From Collinsella sp. (lineage in GTDB: Bacteria; Actinomycetota; Coriobacteriia; Coriobacteriales; Coriobacteriaceae), in contig JAHYYM010000007.1 in assembly GCA_019424985.1 (NCBI GenBank), positions 4,467-68,466 on the forward strand: a stretch of 64,000 bases of DNA, written 5' to 3'. The position numbers and the translations under genes were made by a program. Below are positions 17,407 through 25,050 of this stretch, piece by piece (the stretch's first letter is position 1; each line of letters begins with the position of its first letter). The notes beneath the pieces were generated by a model. It had not been told where the DNA came from. It searched no databases and saw nothing but the letters and a program-made list of their open reading frames with translations.

Positions 17407-18580
17407 AGCGGCTCCTTCCAAAGATCAGCGTAGCGGCGACGACAAACACCAGGGTCATCAGGACGAGCGCACCAGCGCGGACGGCAAAGGGCCCCAGGTC
17501 CTCAAAGAAATACAGGCGATTGAACATGTCGCAGATGAGCTTGACGGGGTTGAGCCAGCACTCGGCCGGAAAGGCGCGGGCGACGTCGTCGGCAAGCGCC
17601 ATCGCCGGCTCGCCGTAGAGGCCGGCGAACAGGGCGCACGTGGTGGCAAAGCCCGTGAGGATGCCCGACTTGGACGCCTTGCCACCCTTAACGGGAAGCG
17701 TGCCCACAAAGAGCCCCAGGCCCGTGGCGGCAAGCGCGGATGCAGCACCGCCCAGCAGGCACAGCCCCTCGCGCCCGCCAAAGTCGACGCCAACGACTAG
17801 GCGCACGTAGCCAATCGCGACCGCCATCGAGGCAAAGGAAACCAGCCACGAGCCGACAAAGATGCCGGCTAGCGACGCCGTCTTGGAAAGGCCACCCACG
17901 CAGCGACGCGCGCCAAGGCCCGACAGATTGGGCTGCAGGTCGACGACGCTCAAGGCGGCAAACTCGGCAGACATCATCGCGACCAGACCAAAGAGCGCGT
18001 AGTAGTAAATGGTCGTGCCGTCGGGCGTGGTGCGCGTCAGGCTCACGCGGCGGGTGCCGCCCTCGAGCGACAGGGCGCGCGCAACCGCCTCCGGATCGGC
18101 GAGCGCCGCCGGGTTGTCCTGGGCAATCTGGGACATGAGCTCGGCATTTTGCGTATACGAGCTTGCCACCGTCTCAAGGATGCTGCGGTCGGTGAGCACC
18201 GTCGACGCACGCGAGCTGTCATAGCTCGAAAGCAGCGTGAGCTTGGGCGTGCCCGCGGCATCGACCGTGTAGATGCCCGCGACTTCGCCGGCCTTGAGCG
18301 CACGGTTCGCGGCGGTCACATCCTCGCGCTCGTGAATCTCAAGCAGCTGGTCGTCACCTTCCTTGGCAAGCGAAGCCGCCACGTTCTTAAAGGTCGAAGC
18401 GTCCCAGGCCTCGTCCGCCACGACGGCAACCGGCACCGGGTCGACCTTTCCGTCAGAGCTGAGGTTCACAAACATAAACATGAACATCGTTGAAAGCGCA
18501 ATGGGAAAGATCGCGCCCCAGACCCATGTACTCGGTCGACGCAATAGCGTCTTGAGCGTGGTGATGATGGTGTTGAACAT
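17393..18580 (-). CDS. ABC-2 type transporter permease
   Basis: Same architecture as 16201-17406. Follows the ATPase by 10 nt. Confidence 0.75.
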   Translation of the reverse strand: MFNTIITTLKTLLRRPSTWVWGAIFPIALSTMFMFMFVNLSSDGKVDPVPVAVVADEAWDASTFKNVAASLAKEGDDQLLEIHEREDVTAANRALKAGEVAGIYTVDAAGTPKLTLLSSYDSSRASTVLTDRSILETVASSYTQNAELMSQIAQDNPAALADPEAVARALSLEGGTRRVSLTRTTPDGTTIYYYALFGLVAMMSAEFAALSVVDLQPNLSGLGARRCVGGLSKTASLAGIFVGSWLVSFASMAVAIGYVRLVVGVDFGGREGLCLLGGAASALAATGLGLFVGTLPVKGGKASKSGILTGFATTCALFAGLYGEPAMALADDVARAFPAECWLNPVKLICDMFNRLYFFEDLGPFAVRAGALVLMTLVFVVAATLIFGRSRYEHL

Positions 18581-18589
18581 GGCCGCCCC

Positions 18590-19528
18590 CTAGTCGCGCA
18601 GCTCGCGGCCGGTGATCTCGAGGAACACGTCGTTGAGGGTCGGCGGTTCGGAATAAATGCGGCCGAGCGCCACGTCGGCGGCGCGCAGCGTGTCGAGGAT
18701 GTCGACCAGATTGTGCGGGCTCGCCTCGCAGGTGCAGACGAGCTCGCCGCCGGACAGTTCAACCGAAAGCACGTGCTCGAGGGCGCGCAGCCGCTCGACC
18801 GTGACGGGCTCGACGGCGCCGACCTCGACGGTCACGCGCTCGCCCATTTGAATCATGCGCTTGAGCTCGTCGTTGGTGCCCTGTGCCAGCACGCGCCCGC
18901 CATCCATGATCATGATGCGGCTGCAGATCTGCTCGACTTCCTCCATGTAATGGCTGGTATACACCACCGTGGCGCCCTCGTCGCGCAGGCGGCAGATGCC
19001 TTCCAGGATGGCGTTGCGGCTCTGCGGGTCGACCGCCACCGTGGGCTCGTCAAAAAAGATGAGCTCGGGCTTGTGCGCGATGCCGCAGGCAATGTTGAGG
19101 CGGCGCGCCAGGCCACCCGAGAGCTTACCGGGGCGGAACTTGGTAAAGTCGCCCAGACCGACAAAGTCGATCGCCTCGTCCACGAGCGCGCGGCGGCGCT
19201 TGCGGTCGTTGATGTAAAGGCTGCAAAAATAGTCGATGTTCTCGCGCACCGTAAGCTCGTCGAACACCGCCACCTGCTGTGGCACCACGCCTATGCGGCG
19301 CTTGAGGTCGTAGCGGGCGGGCGTCATGGGCTCGCCGAACAGCTCGATGGTGCCCTTGTCGTAGGCAAGCAGCTGCAGGATACAGTTGATGGACGTGGTC
19401 TTGCCCGAGCCGTTGGGGCCCAGCAGGCCAAAGATCTCGCCGGGGGCGATGCTCAGGTTAAAGTGGTCGAGCGCAATAAGATCGTCATAGCGCTTGACGA
19501 GGTTTTCGACATGGACGATGTCTGTCAT
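18590..19528 (-). CDS. ABC transporter ATP-binding protein (ABC-2 / DrrA-like)
   Basis: GPNGSGKTT, LSGGLARR, IFFDEPTVAVD. Start MTDIVHVENL at 19528; the ORF is open to 19594. Confidence 0.9.
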   Translation of the reverse strand: MTDIVHVENLVKRYDDLIALDHFNLSIAPGEIFGLLGPNGSGKTTSINCILQLLAYDKGTIELFGEPMTPARYDLKRRIGVVPQQVAVFDELTVRENIDYFCSLYINDRKRRRALVDEAIDFVGLGDFTKFRPGKLSGGLARRLNIACGIAHKPELIFFDEPTVAVDPQSRNAILEGICRLRDEGATVVYTSHYMEEVEQICSRIMIMDGGRVLAQGTNDELKRMIQMGERVTVEVGAVEPVTVERLRALEHVLSVELSGGELVCTCEASPHNLVDILDTLRAADVALGRIYSEPPTLNDVFLEITGRELRD

Positions 19529-19715
19529 GAGGCGGCCCTTCTGTTGGTCGTGGCCCGGTACGATTTCATCATCGCAGGAGCGGGCGGCGCGCACCAGTGA
19601 GCTTTGTCACGAGTGCGGAGGTCTTGGTCGTGCGGCCTGCCGACGCCCCCGCTTTGCCGCGCGGGAGGAATGTCACGGTTGCGCGGGCAGCCGTGCCCAC
19701 GCGCGTAGCTTCGCG

Positions 19716-19721
19716 TACAAT
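19716..19721 (+). promoter_or_regulatory. Candidate -10 box positioned for a leaderless histidine kinase mRNA
   Basis: TACAAT ends 6 nt before ATG 19728. No SD lies between them. Confidence 0.3.
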
Positions 19722-19727
19722 ACCCGT

Positions 19728-20873
19728 ATGAACAGGCTTTTCGACAAATCGATCGTGCTGGCGTGCTGCATTGCGGCCGCCATGGGTCTTGCTGTGGACG
19801 CTCGCTTAGTCGCAGCGTTTTGCCTTGGCATCATAGCCACCTCGCTGGCGGAAGTCGCGCGGGGGAAACGCGCCCGACGCGCAAGCGAGGCCGTAAGCTA
19901 CGCCTACATCATCGCGGCCGTCTTCGTGCCGCCGTTTGTGCCGCTGGCGCCCCTCGCCCTCTACGATATCGCGCGGCGTGTGCGGCGCGAGCGCGCCTGG
20001 ATCGCGCTGGGCATTGGCGCCGCCTTTGCCTTCGCGCTCGCCGCAGACCTTCGCCCCGGCGCCCTCTCCACCCAAACGCTCCTGCTGACCGCCATCCTTT
20101 CGGTTGCCGCCACCCTGCTGTCGCTCCGTACCGCCCAGCTGGAGCACGAACAAGAACGCATGCATCGCACCCGCGACGAGCTGCAAGAACGAGCCTTGGC
20201 GCTCGAGGCGCGCAACCGCGACCTCGCCGATCGCCAGGACTACGAAGTCGAGCTCGCGACACTTGCCGAGCGTGCCCGCATCGCGCGCGAGATTCACGAC
20301 AACGTCGGCCACCAACTTACACGCGCCTCGCTGCAGACCGAGGCCCTGCGCATAGTCCACGCCGATGAACCCGGCGTCGCCGCCGATTTCGCCGACGTCA
20401 AGCACACCGTTGACGAGGCGCTTCAACTTGTGCGCGCCAGCGTCCACGCGCTCAACGACAACGCCCTCGACCTTTCCGTGCAGCTCGAACGCATTGTTGA
20501 AGGCGCGCGTTCGGACGGCGGTCCGCAGATTGAGCTTGAAGTTATGGCCGAGCATGCGCCCGCCAACATCACCAACTGCTTTGCGGCGGTCCTGCGCGAG
20601 GCGCTCTCCAACACCATGCGCCACGCCCGCGCGCAAAACGTTGCTGTGCGATGCATGGAGCATCCATCGTTTTACCAGCTCATCGTTACCGACGATGGCA
20701 TGGGCGGAACCCAGACGGGCGGTCGCGGCGTCACCGAGGGCATGGGGCTCGGCTCCATGCGCGAGCGCGTCGAGGCGCTTGGCGGCACCTTCACCGCCGG
20801 CCCGCGCGCCGGCGTCGGCGGCTGGCGCGTGTTTGCCACCGTTCCCAAACAGCAAGGAGATGAGGCCCGATGA
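19728..20873 (+). CDS. Sensor histidine kinase, HisKA_3 (NarL/DesK/LiaS-like) family
   Basis: Multi-TM N-terminus, H-box EIHDNVGHQLT, N-box LREALSNTMRHA, G-box DDGMGG...GMGLGSM. Confidence 0.85.
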   Translation: MNRLFDKSIVLACCIAAAMGLAVDARLVAAFCLGIIATSLAEVARGKRARRASEAVSYAYIIAAVFVPPFVPLAPLALYDIARRVRRERAWIALGIGAAFAFALAADLRPGALSTQTLLLTAILSVAATLLSLRTAQLEHEQERMHRTRDELQERALALEARNRDLADRQDYEVELATLAERARIAREIHDNVGHQLTRASLQTEALRIVHADEPGVAADFADVKHTVDEALQLVRASVHALNDNALDLSVQLERIVEGARSDGGPQIELEVMAEHAPANITNCFAAVLREALSNTMRHARAQNVAVRCMEHPSFYQLIVTDDGMGGTQTGGRGVTEGMGLGSMRERVEALGGTFTAGPRAGVGGWRVFATVPKQQGDEAR

Positions 20874-21499
20874 GGCTCATTGTTGTCGACGACGACCGTT
20901 TGGTGGTCGATTCGCTCAAGATTATCCTGGGCGCACAGCCGCAGATCGAGGTGGTGGGCACCGGCGCCAATGGCGACGACGCGGTCACGCTCTACGCTGA
21001 GCACGCGCCCGACATCGCGTTGCTCGACATTCAGATGCCGGGGCGTGACGGACTTTCGGCGGCGCGCGAGATCCTTGAGCGCGACCCTGCGGCGCGGGTG
21101 GTGTTTCTGACGACATTCTCGGATGACGAGTACATTGTGTCGGCGCTCAAACTGGGCGCCCGCGGCTACCTGATTAAAACCGATGTCGCCGCCATTCCTC
21201 CGGCGTTGGCGCAAGTCATGGACGGCAAGCGCGTGCTCGAGGGTAAGGCGATCGAGGATATCAACTTTGACGGGGCGGGCGTCGAGGCCGGCACGACCCG
21301 CCGGCCCGCAGCCTTTGCCGGCCTGACCGACCGCGAGTTCGAAGTCGCCGAGCTCATCGCCCGCGGCCTCGATAACAAGGAAATCGCCGCCACCGCCTAT
21401 ATGGGCGAAGGCACGGTGCGCAACCACATCAGCTCGATCCTTGCAAAGATGGGCCTGCGCAACCGCACGCAGATCGCCATCGCCTACCTGCGAGGGTAA
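20870..21499 (+). CDS. Response regulator, LuxR/NarL family
   Basis: Receiver (VVDDD, DIALLDIQMPGRDG) and LuxR HTH (LTDREFEVAELIARGLDNKEIA). 4-nt overlap with the kinase. Confidence 0.9.
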   Translation: MRLIVVDDDRLVVDSLKIILGAQPQIEVVGTGANGDDAVTLYAEHAPDIALLDIQMPGRDGLSAAREILERDPAARVVFLTTFSDDEYIVSALKLGARGYLIKTDVAAIPPALAQVMDGKRVLEGKAIEDINFDGAGVEAGTTRRPAAFAGLTDREFEVAELIARGLDNKEIAATAYMGEGTVRNHISSILAKMGLRNRTQIAIAYLRG

Positions 21500-21552
21500 T
21501 TACCCAACGGTCAACCGCCCCGGCACAGCAAAATGGCTGTAACCGATTTAAT

Positions 21553-21713
21553 GCCATTTCAAAACTATGCCGGATTACTACGATGAATCGCCCGCCTTCG
21601 ACCACGGCAAATTGCACGCTTCCAAAACCGCAGGTAGAACGCTTGCGATATTTAGAAAAATGCAGTCATGGTCGGGAATGTCGAGTTCATCGTAGTAAAC
21701 CGGCATAGTTTTG
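21553..21713. mobile_element. 161-bp MITE-like element (type A, hybrid TIR)
   Basis: TIRs gccatttcaaaactatgccggattactacgatgaa / ttcatcgtagtaaaccggcatagttttg. Internal accgcaggtagaacgc hairpin and catggtcggg box. Confidence 0.65.
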
Positions 21714-21803
21714 TTCGGGCGGCCCTGCGCGAGTGCCTCCGCAAGCCTTGCGAGACCAAAATGATCTGCTTTCTTCCGTCCGCGGAGATCGGCTGACGGC
21801 GCC

Positions 21804-21964
21804 CGCCACGAAATGGGCCCATCTACTACGTTTGACCCGATACCCCTGACCATAGCCGCGTTTCATGAAAAATCGCAGGCGTTCTACCTGCGGTTTTCAT
21901 TTCACATTACTTGCCGTGGTCGAGGGCTGCCGCCTAAACATAGTAGATGGGCCCATTTCGTGGC
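21804..21964. mobile_element. 161-bp MITE-like element (type B)
   Basis: TIRs cgccacgaaatgggcccatctactacgttt / aaacatagtagatgggcccatttcgtggc. Internal terminator-like hairpin cgcaggcgttctacctgcg and ccgaccatag-type box. Homolog at 37033-37193. Confidence 0.7.
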
Positions 21965-22050
21965 AGACGGGTCACGCGGCAGCCCTCGCAAGGCAAAAAT
22001 GATCCGTTTCCCTCTGTCCACGGGAGATCAAAGGCTGTTACTGATATGGT

Positions 22051-22211
22051 GCCATTTCAAAACTATGCCGGTTTACGGGGCTAAAGTCGGAGCCCTCATC
22101 CATACCCCCTATTTTTGAAAAACAGCAAGCAGTCTACCTGCGGTTTTATTATCTTGGTTTTCGATATGGTCGGAGGTTCGCTATCCAGCCCCGTAATCCG
22201 GCATAGTTTTG
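22051..22211. mobile_element. 161-bp MITE-like element (type C)
   Basis: TIRs gccatttcaaaactatgccggtttacgggg / ccccgtaatccggcatagttttg. Homolog at 37289-37455. Confidence 0.7.
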
Positions 22212-22242
22212 TTCGCAGCGGCACAACCGCGCGCTCACGCGC

Positions 22243-22276
22243 GGGGCCGGCGGGGCATTTTTGCCCCGCCGGCCCC
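22243..22276 (-). terminator. GC-rich hairpin downstream of the hydrogenase operon
   Basis: Perfect 14-bp stem ggggccggcggggc / gccccgccggcccc with loop attttt, 22 nt after the stop at 22298. No clear U-tract on the minus strand. Confidence 0.55.
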
Positions 22277-22297
22277 TATTCCAGTTCTACCCCTGCG

Positions 22298-22639
22298 CTA
22301 CTCCGGCTTGGTTTCTACTGTGGGAGTCTTGTCCGCTGCGACTGGGGTGCGGGCGGTGTCCATAGTCAGGCAGTGCTTGGGGCAGCTCTCGATGCACTCA
22401 CCGCACACCACGCAGGCATACGGGTCGATCGACCACGTTCCACCCTTGCGATCGACTGCGAGCGCGCCCGCCGGACAGCGACGCGCACACATGCCGCAGC
22501 AGATGCACGCGTCCATGTCGTTGACGATATGCCCGCGCAAGCGCTCGGGTGCCGCGAGCTTCTCCTGCGGATAGCACACCGTTACCGGCTGCTTGACCAT
22601 AGAGCCCAAGGCCGTCTTGGCAAATGTCAGCAAACTCAT
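22298..22639 (-). CDS. echF: Hydrogenase 2x[4Fe-4S] ferredoxin-type subunit (EchF/NuoI-like)
   Basis: CICCGMCARRCP and CVVCGECIESCP. Last gene of the ech-order operon. Confidence 0.75.
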   Translation of the reverse strand: MSLLTFAKTALGSMVKQPVTVCYPQEKLAAPERLRGHIVNDMDACICCGMCARRCPAGALAVDRKGGTWSIDPYACVVCGECIESCPKHCLTMDTARTPVAADKTPTVETKPE

Positions 22640-22646
22640 GCCGCGC

Positions 22647-23735
22647 CTACCTTTCCGTGCAGCTAATGCAGGGGTCGATGGTCAGGATAATCATGGGCAC
22701 GTTGGCAAGGAGCACGCCCTGCAGCGCATGTGTCAGACCCGCCAGGTTCTGCGACGTCGGCGTGCGCACGCGGAAGCGGTCCAGGTTCTTGGTGCCGTTA
22801 CCGCGCACATAGTAATACGCCTCGCCGCGCGGCTGCTCAATCACAACCTCGCCGCGTGCGCCGTCGGCCGGCGTAAGCTTGGTGCGCCCGCCGATCCCGT
22901 CGTGCGGAATCTTGCCCACAAGCTCCTTAATGATGTCCATGGCCTGCGTGACATCGGCACAGCGCACCTGGCAGCGGGCATAGCAATCGCCATCGGTGGC
23001 GACAACCGGCTCAAACGCAGCCAGGTCCGCATAGGCACCGTCGCTAAACATGCGCACGTCGTAGTCCACGCCCGAGGCGCGCCCAAACGGGCCGACCATC
23101 GACAGATCCAGCGCGTCCTTCTTGCTGATCACGCCCACGCCATGCAGGCGCTCGCCACAGCTGACGTCGTCCAAAAACGTATGCACCAGGGCCTCGTAGT
23201 CGGGACGCATGGCATCGAGCGTCTGGACAATGCCAGCCAGCTCGGAGTCCTCAATGTCGTGCTTTAGGCCGCCGATCTCGTTAATCGAAAGGATCACGCG
23301 GCCACCGCACGTGCTCTCGAAGATCTTGAGAATCTGCTCGCGCAGGGTCCACGAACGATAGAACAGCGCCTCGAAGCCAAAGGCATCGGCGAGCAGGCCC
23401 AGCCACAGCAGGTGCGAGTGAATGCGCGAAAGCTCATGCAGAATGGTGCGGATATACTGCACGCGCCCGGGCACCTCGATGCCGAGCATGCGCTCGCAGG
23501 CGCTGGCATAGCCGTAACTGTGGCCCACGGCGCAGATGCCGCAGATGCGCTCGGCGATGTAGCCAAACTGGTGCATGTCGCGCTTTTCGGTGAGCTTCTC
23601 GAGTCCGCGGTGCACAAAGCCAATCTGCGGAATTGCCTCGATGACGCGGTCGTCCTCGATCACCAGGTCCAGATGAAGCGGCTCGGGCAGCACCGGGTGC
23701 TGCGGGCCAAACGGAATAACGGAACGATGTGCCAT
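22647..23735 (-). CDS. echE: Group 4 [NiFe]-hydrogenase large subunit (EchE/NuoD-like)
   Basis: 362 aa. N-terminal Ni-Fe ligand motif RICGIC and C-terminal DPCISCTER at the very end (no cleavable extension). Confidence 0.85.
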   Translation of the reverse strand: MAHRSVIPFGPQHPVLPEPLHLDLVIEDDRVIEAIPQIGFVHRGLEKLTEKRDMHQFGYIAERICGICAVGHSYGYASACERMLGIEVPGRVQYIRTILHELSRIHSHLLWLGLLADAFGFEALFYRSWTLREQILKIFESTCGGRVILSINEIGGLKHDIEDSELAGIVQTLDAMRPDYEALVHTFLDDVSCGERLHGVGVISKKDALDLSMVGPFGRASGVDYDVRMFSDGAYADLAAFEPVVATDGDCYARCQVRCADVTQAMDIIKELVGKIPHDGIGGRTKLTPADGARGEVVIEQPRGEAYYYVRGNGTKNLDRFRVRTPTSQNLAGLTHALQGVLLANVPMIILTIDPCISCTER

Positions 23736-23740
23736 GGACC

Positions 23741-24457
23741 TTACGCCTCCTCTTTCTGCTTGTCGCGGGCGGCCTTGGCGGCAAGCGCCGCACGGACCTT
23801 GGCCGCTTTCTCAGGATCCATGGCGGCGAGCTTTGCCTCCATCTCGGCGGCCTTGAGCGCGGCCTTGGCAGCGGCATCGTCATGCTGAGCATCGGAGCCG
23901 GCAGCCGCAGCGGGCTGAATAGAGGCGCCCGCAGCATCGCCGGCGCCCGCAGCGCCCTCCCCCGCAGCAGCCGTGGCAGCGGCGGCTTTCTCGGCCGCGA
24001 CCTTGCGCGCCTTGGCCTCGGTAGCAGCGCGGACCTTCATGGCCTTCTCGCGCGCGGCCTTCACCTCGGGCGTGATAACGCTCATGGGTTCGGCAGTCGA
24101 AACCTGGTAGAAAAAGCCCTTAAAGTCGATCTGCATATCGGTGATGGCAAGACCGAATAGGTCGTGCGCTTCGTTTTCAAACGGGAATACCGCCGGATAG
24201 TACGAGCTGATGGACGGAATCTCCTGGTACTGGTCGATACCCTCGACTACCAGGTTCTCGATCGCATAGCTGCCGTCCTGCGCAATATGCTCCTGAGCAG
24301 CACGAACGTTGATGAACGTATAAACCAGGCGATACGATCCGTCGTCCACACAGCGCTCGGCATGCATCTGCACAAAGCGCGCGCCGGCACCCTTGAGCGC
24401 CTGGACATGCGACAGGAGCTCGTCGATCCCGACGGTGGTATAGATTGCCTTTTGCAT
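23741..24457 (-). CDS. Hydrogenase NuoC/EchD-position subunit with ~110-aa Ala/Lys/Glu-rich C-terminal tail
   Basis: NuoC-like core (PSISSYYPAVFPFENEAHDLFGL) and tail AAREKAMKVRAATEAKARKVAAEKAAAATAAA.... TAATG overlap with the upstream gene. Confidence 0.7.
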   Translation of the reverse strand: MQKAIYTTVGIDELLSHVQALKGAGARFVQMHAERCVDDGSYRLVYTFINVRAAQEHIAQDGSYAIENLVVEGIDQYQEIPSISSYYPAVFPFENEAHDLFGLAITDMQIDFKGFFYQVSTAEPMSVITPEVKAAREKAMKVRAATEAKARKVAAEKAAAATAAAGEGAAGAGDAAGASIQPAAAAGSDAQHDDAAAKAALKAAEMEAKLAAMDPEKAAKVRAALAAKAARDKQKEEA

Positions 24458-25038
24458 TACTCGGCCTCCTTTGCAGCGGCGGGCGCACCGTCAGCCGTGC
24501 CCGCGTCGACACCGGCCCCGGCCCCCACAGCAGGCACAAACCCGTCCTCGCCCAGCTCAACGCCACCGTCCCAGGTTGCGGCGCCGCCCACGGTAAGCGG
24601 GTCACCGCCGGCGCGCATCACGGCCTCCTTCTGGTCCAGGATGCCGCACGCCTCCACGATGGCATCGATCACCGTCTCGGGGCGAATGGCGCACCCGGGC
24701 GCGTACACGTCCACGGGAATCGCGCGGTCCACGCCGCCGATCACGTTGTAAGCATCGCGGAACACGCCGCCCGAACACGCGCAGATACCGCAGGCCACCA
24801 CACACTTGGGCTCGAGCATCTGGTTGTAAATCTGGCGCACGACGGGCAGATTCTGAGCGTTGACCGAACCCGTCACCAAAAAGATGTCCGCATGCTTGGG
24901 GTTGCCGGTATTGACCACGCCAAAGCGCTCCGCATCGAACAGCGGCGTGAGCGAGGCCAGCACCTCGATATCGCATCCGTTGCAGCTCGAACCGTCGTAA
25001 TGAATAACCCACGGCGAGCGCGACATTTTATGATCCAT
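24457..25038 (-). CDS. echC: Hydrogenase small subunit (EchC/NuoB-like)
   Basis: SCNGCDIE, ACGICACSGG, YAPGCAIRPE cluster-N2-type Cys ligands. Gly/Ala/Asp-rich C-terminal extension. Confidence 0.8.
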   Translation of the reverse strand: MDHKMSRSPWVIHYDGSSCNGCDIEVLASLTPLFDAERFGVVNTGNPKHADIFLVTGSVNAQNLPVVRQIYNQMLEPKCVVACGICACSGGVFRDAYNVIGGVDRAIPVDVYAPGCAIRPETVIDAIVEACGILDQKEAVMRAGGDPLTVGGAATWDGGVELGEDGFVPAVGAGAGVDAGTADGAPAAAKEAE

Positions 25039-25050
25039 AGATGCCGCCTC

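Noticed and set aside
21578-22666. ORFs of 91-183 aa across the MITE cluster (21578-21853, 21813-22118, 22115-22666) and 37413-37832
   Set aside because: They span inverted-repeat elements, share peptide strings only because the DNA repeats are shared (HFKTMPVYGA…), lack SD sequences, and overlap real genes at their ends.
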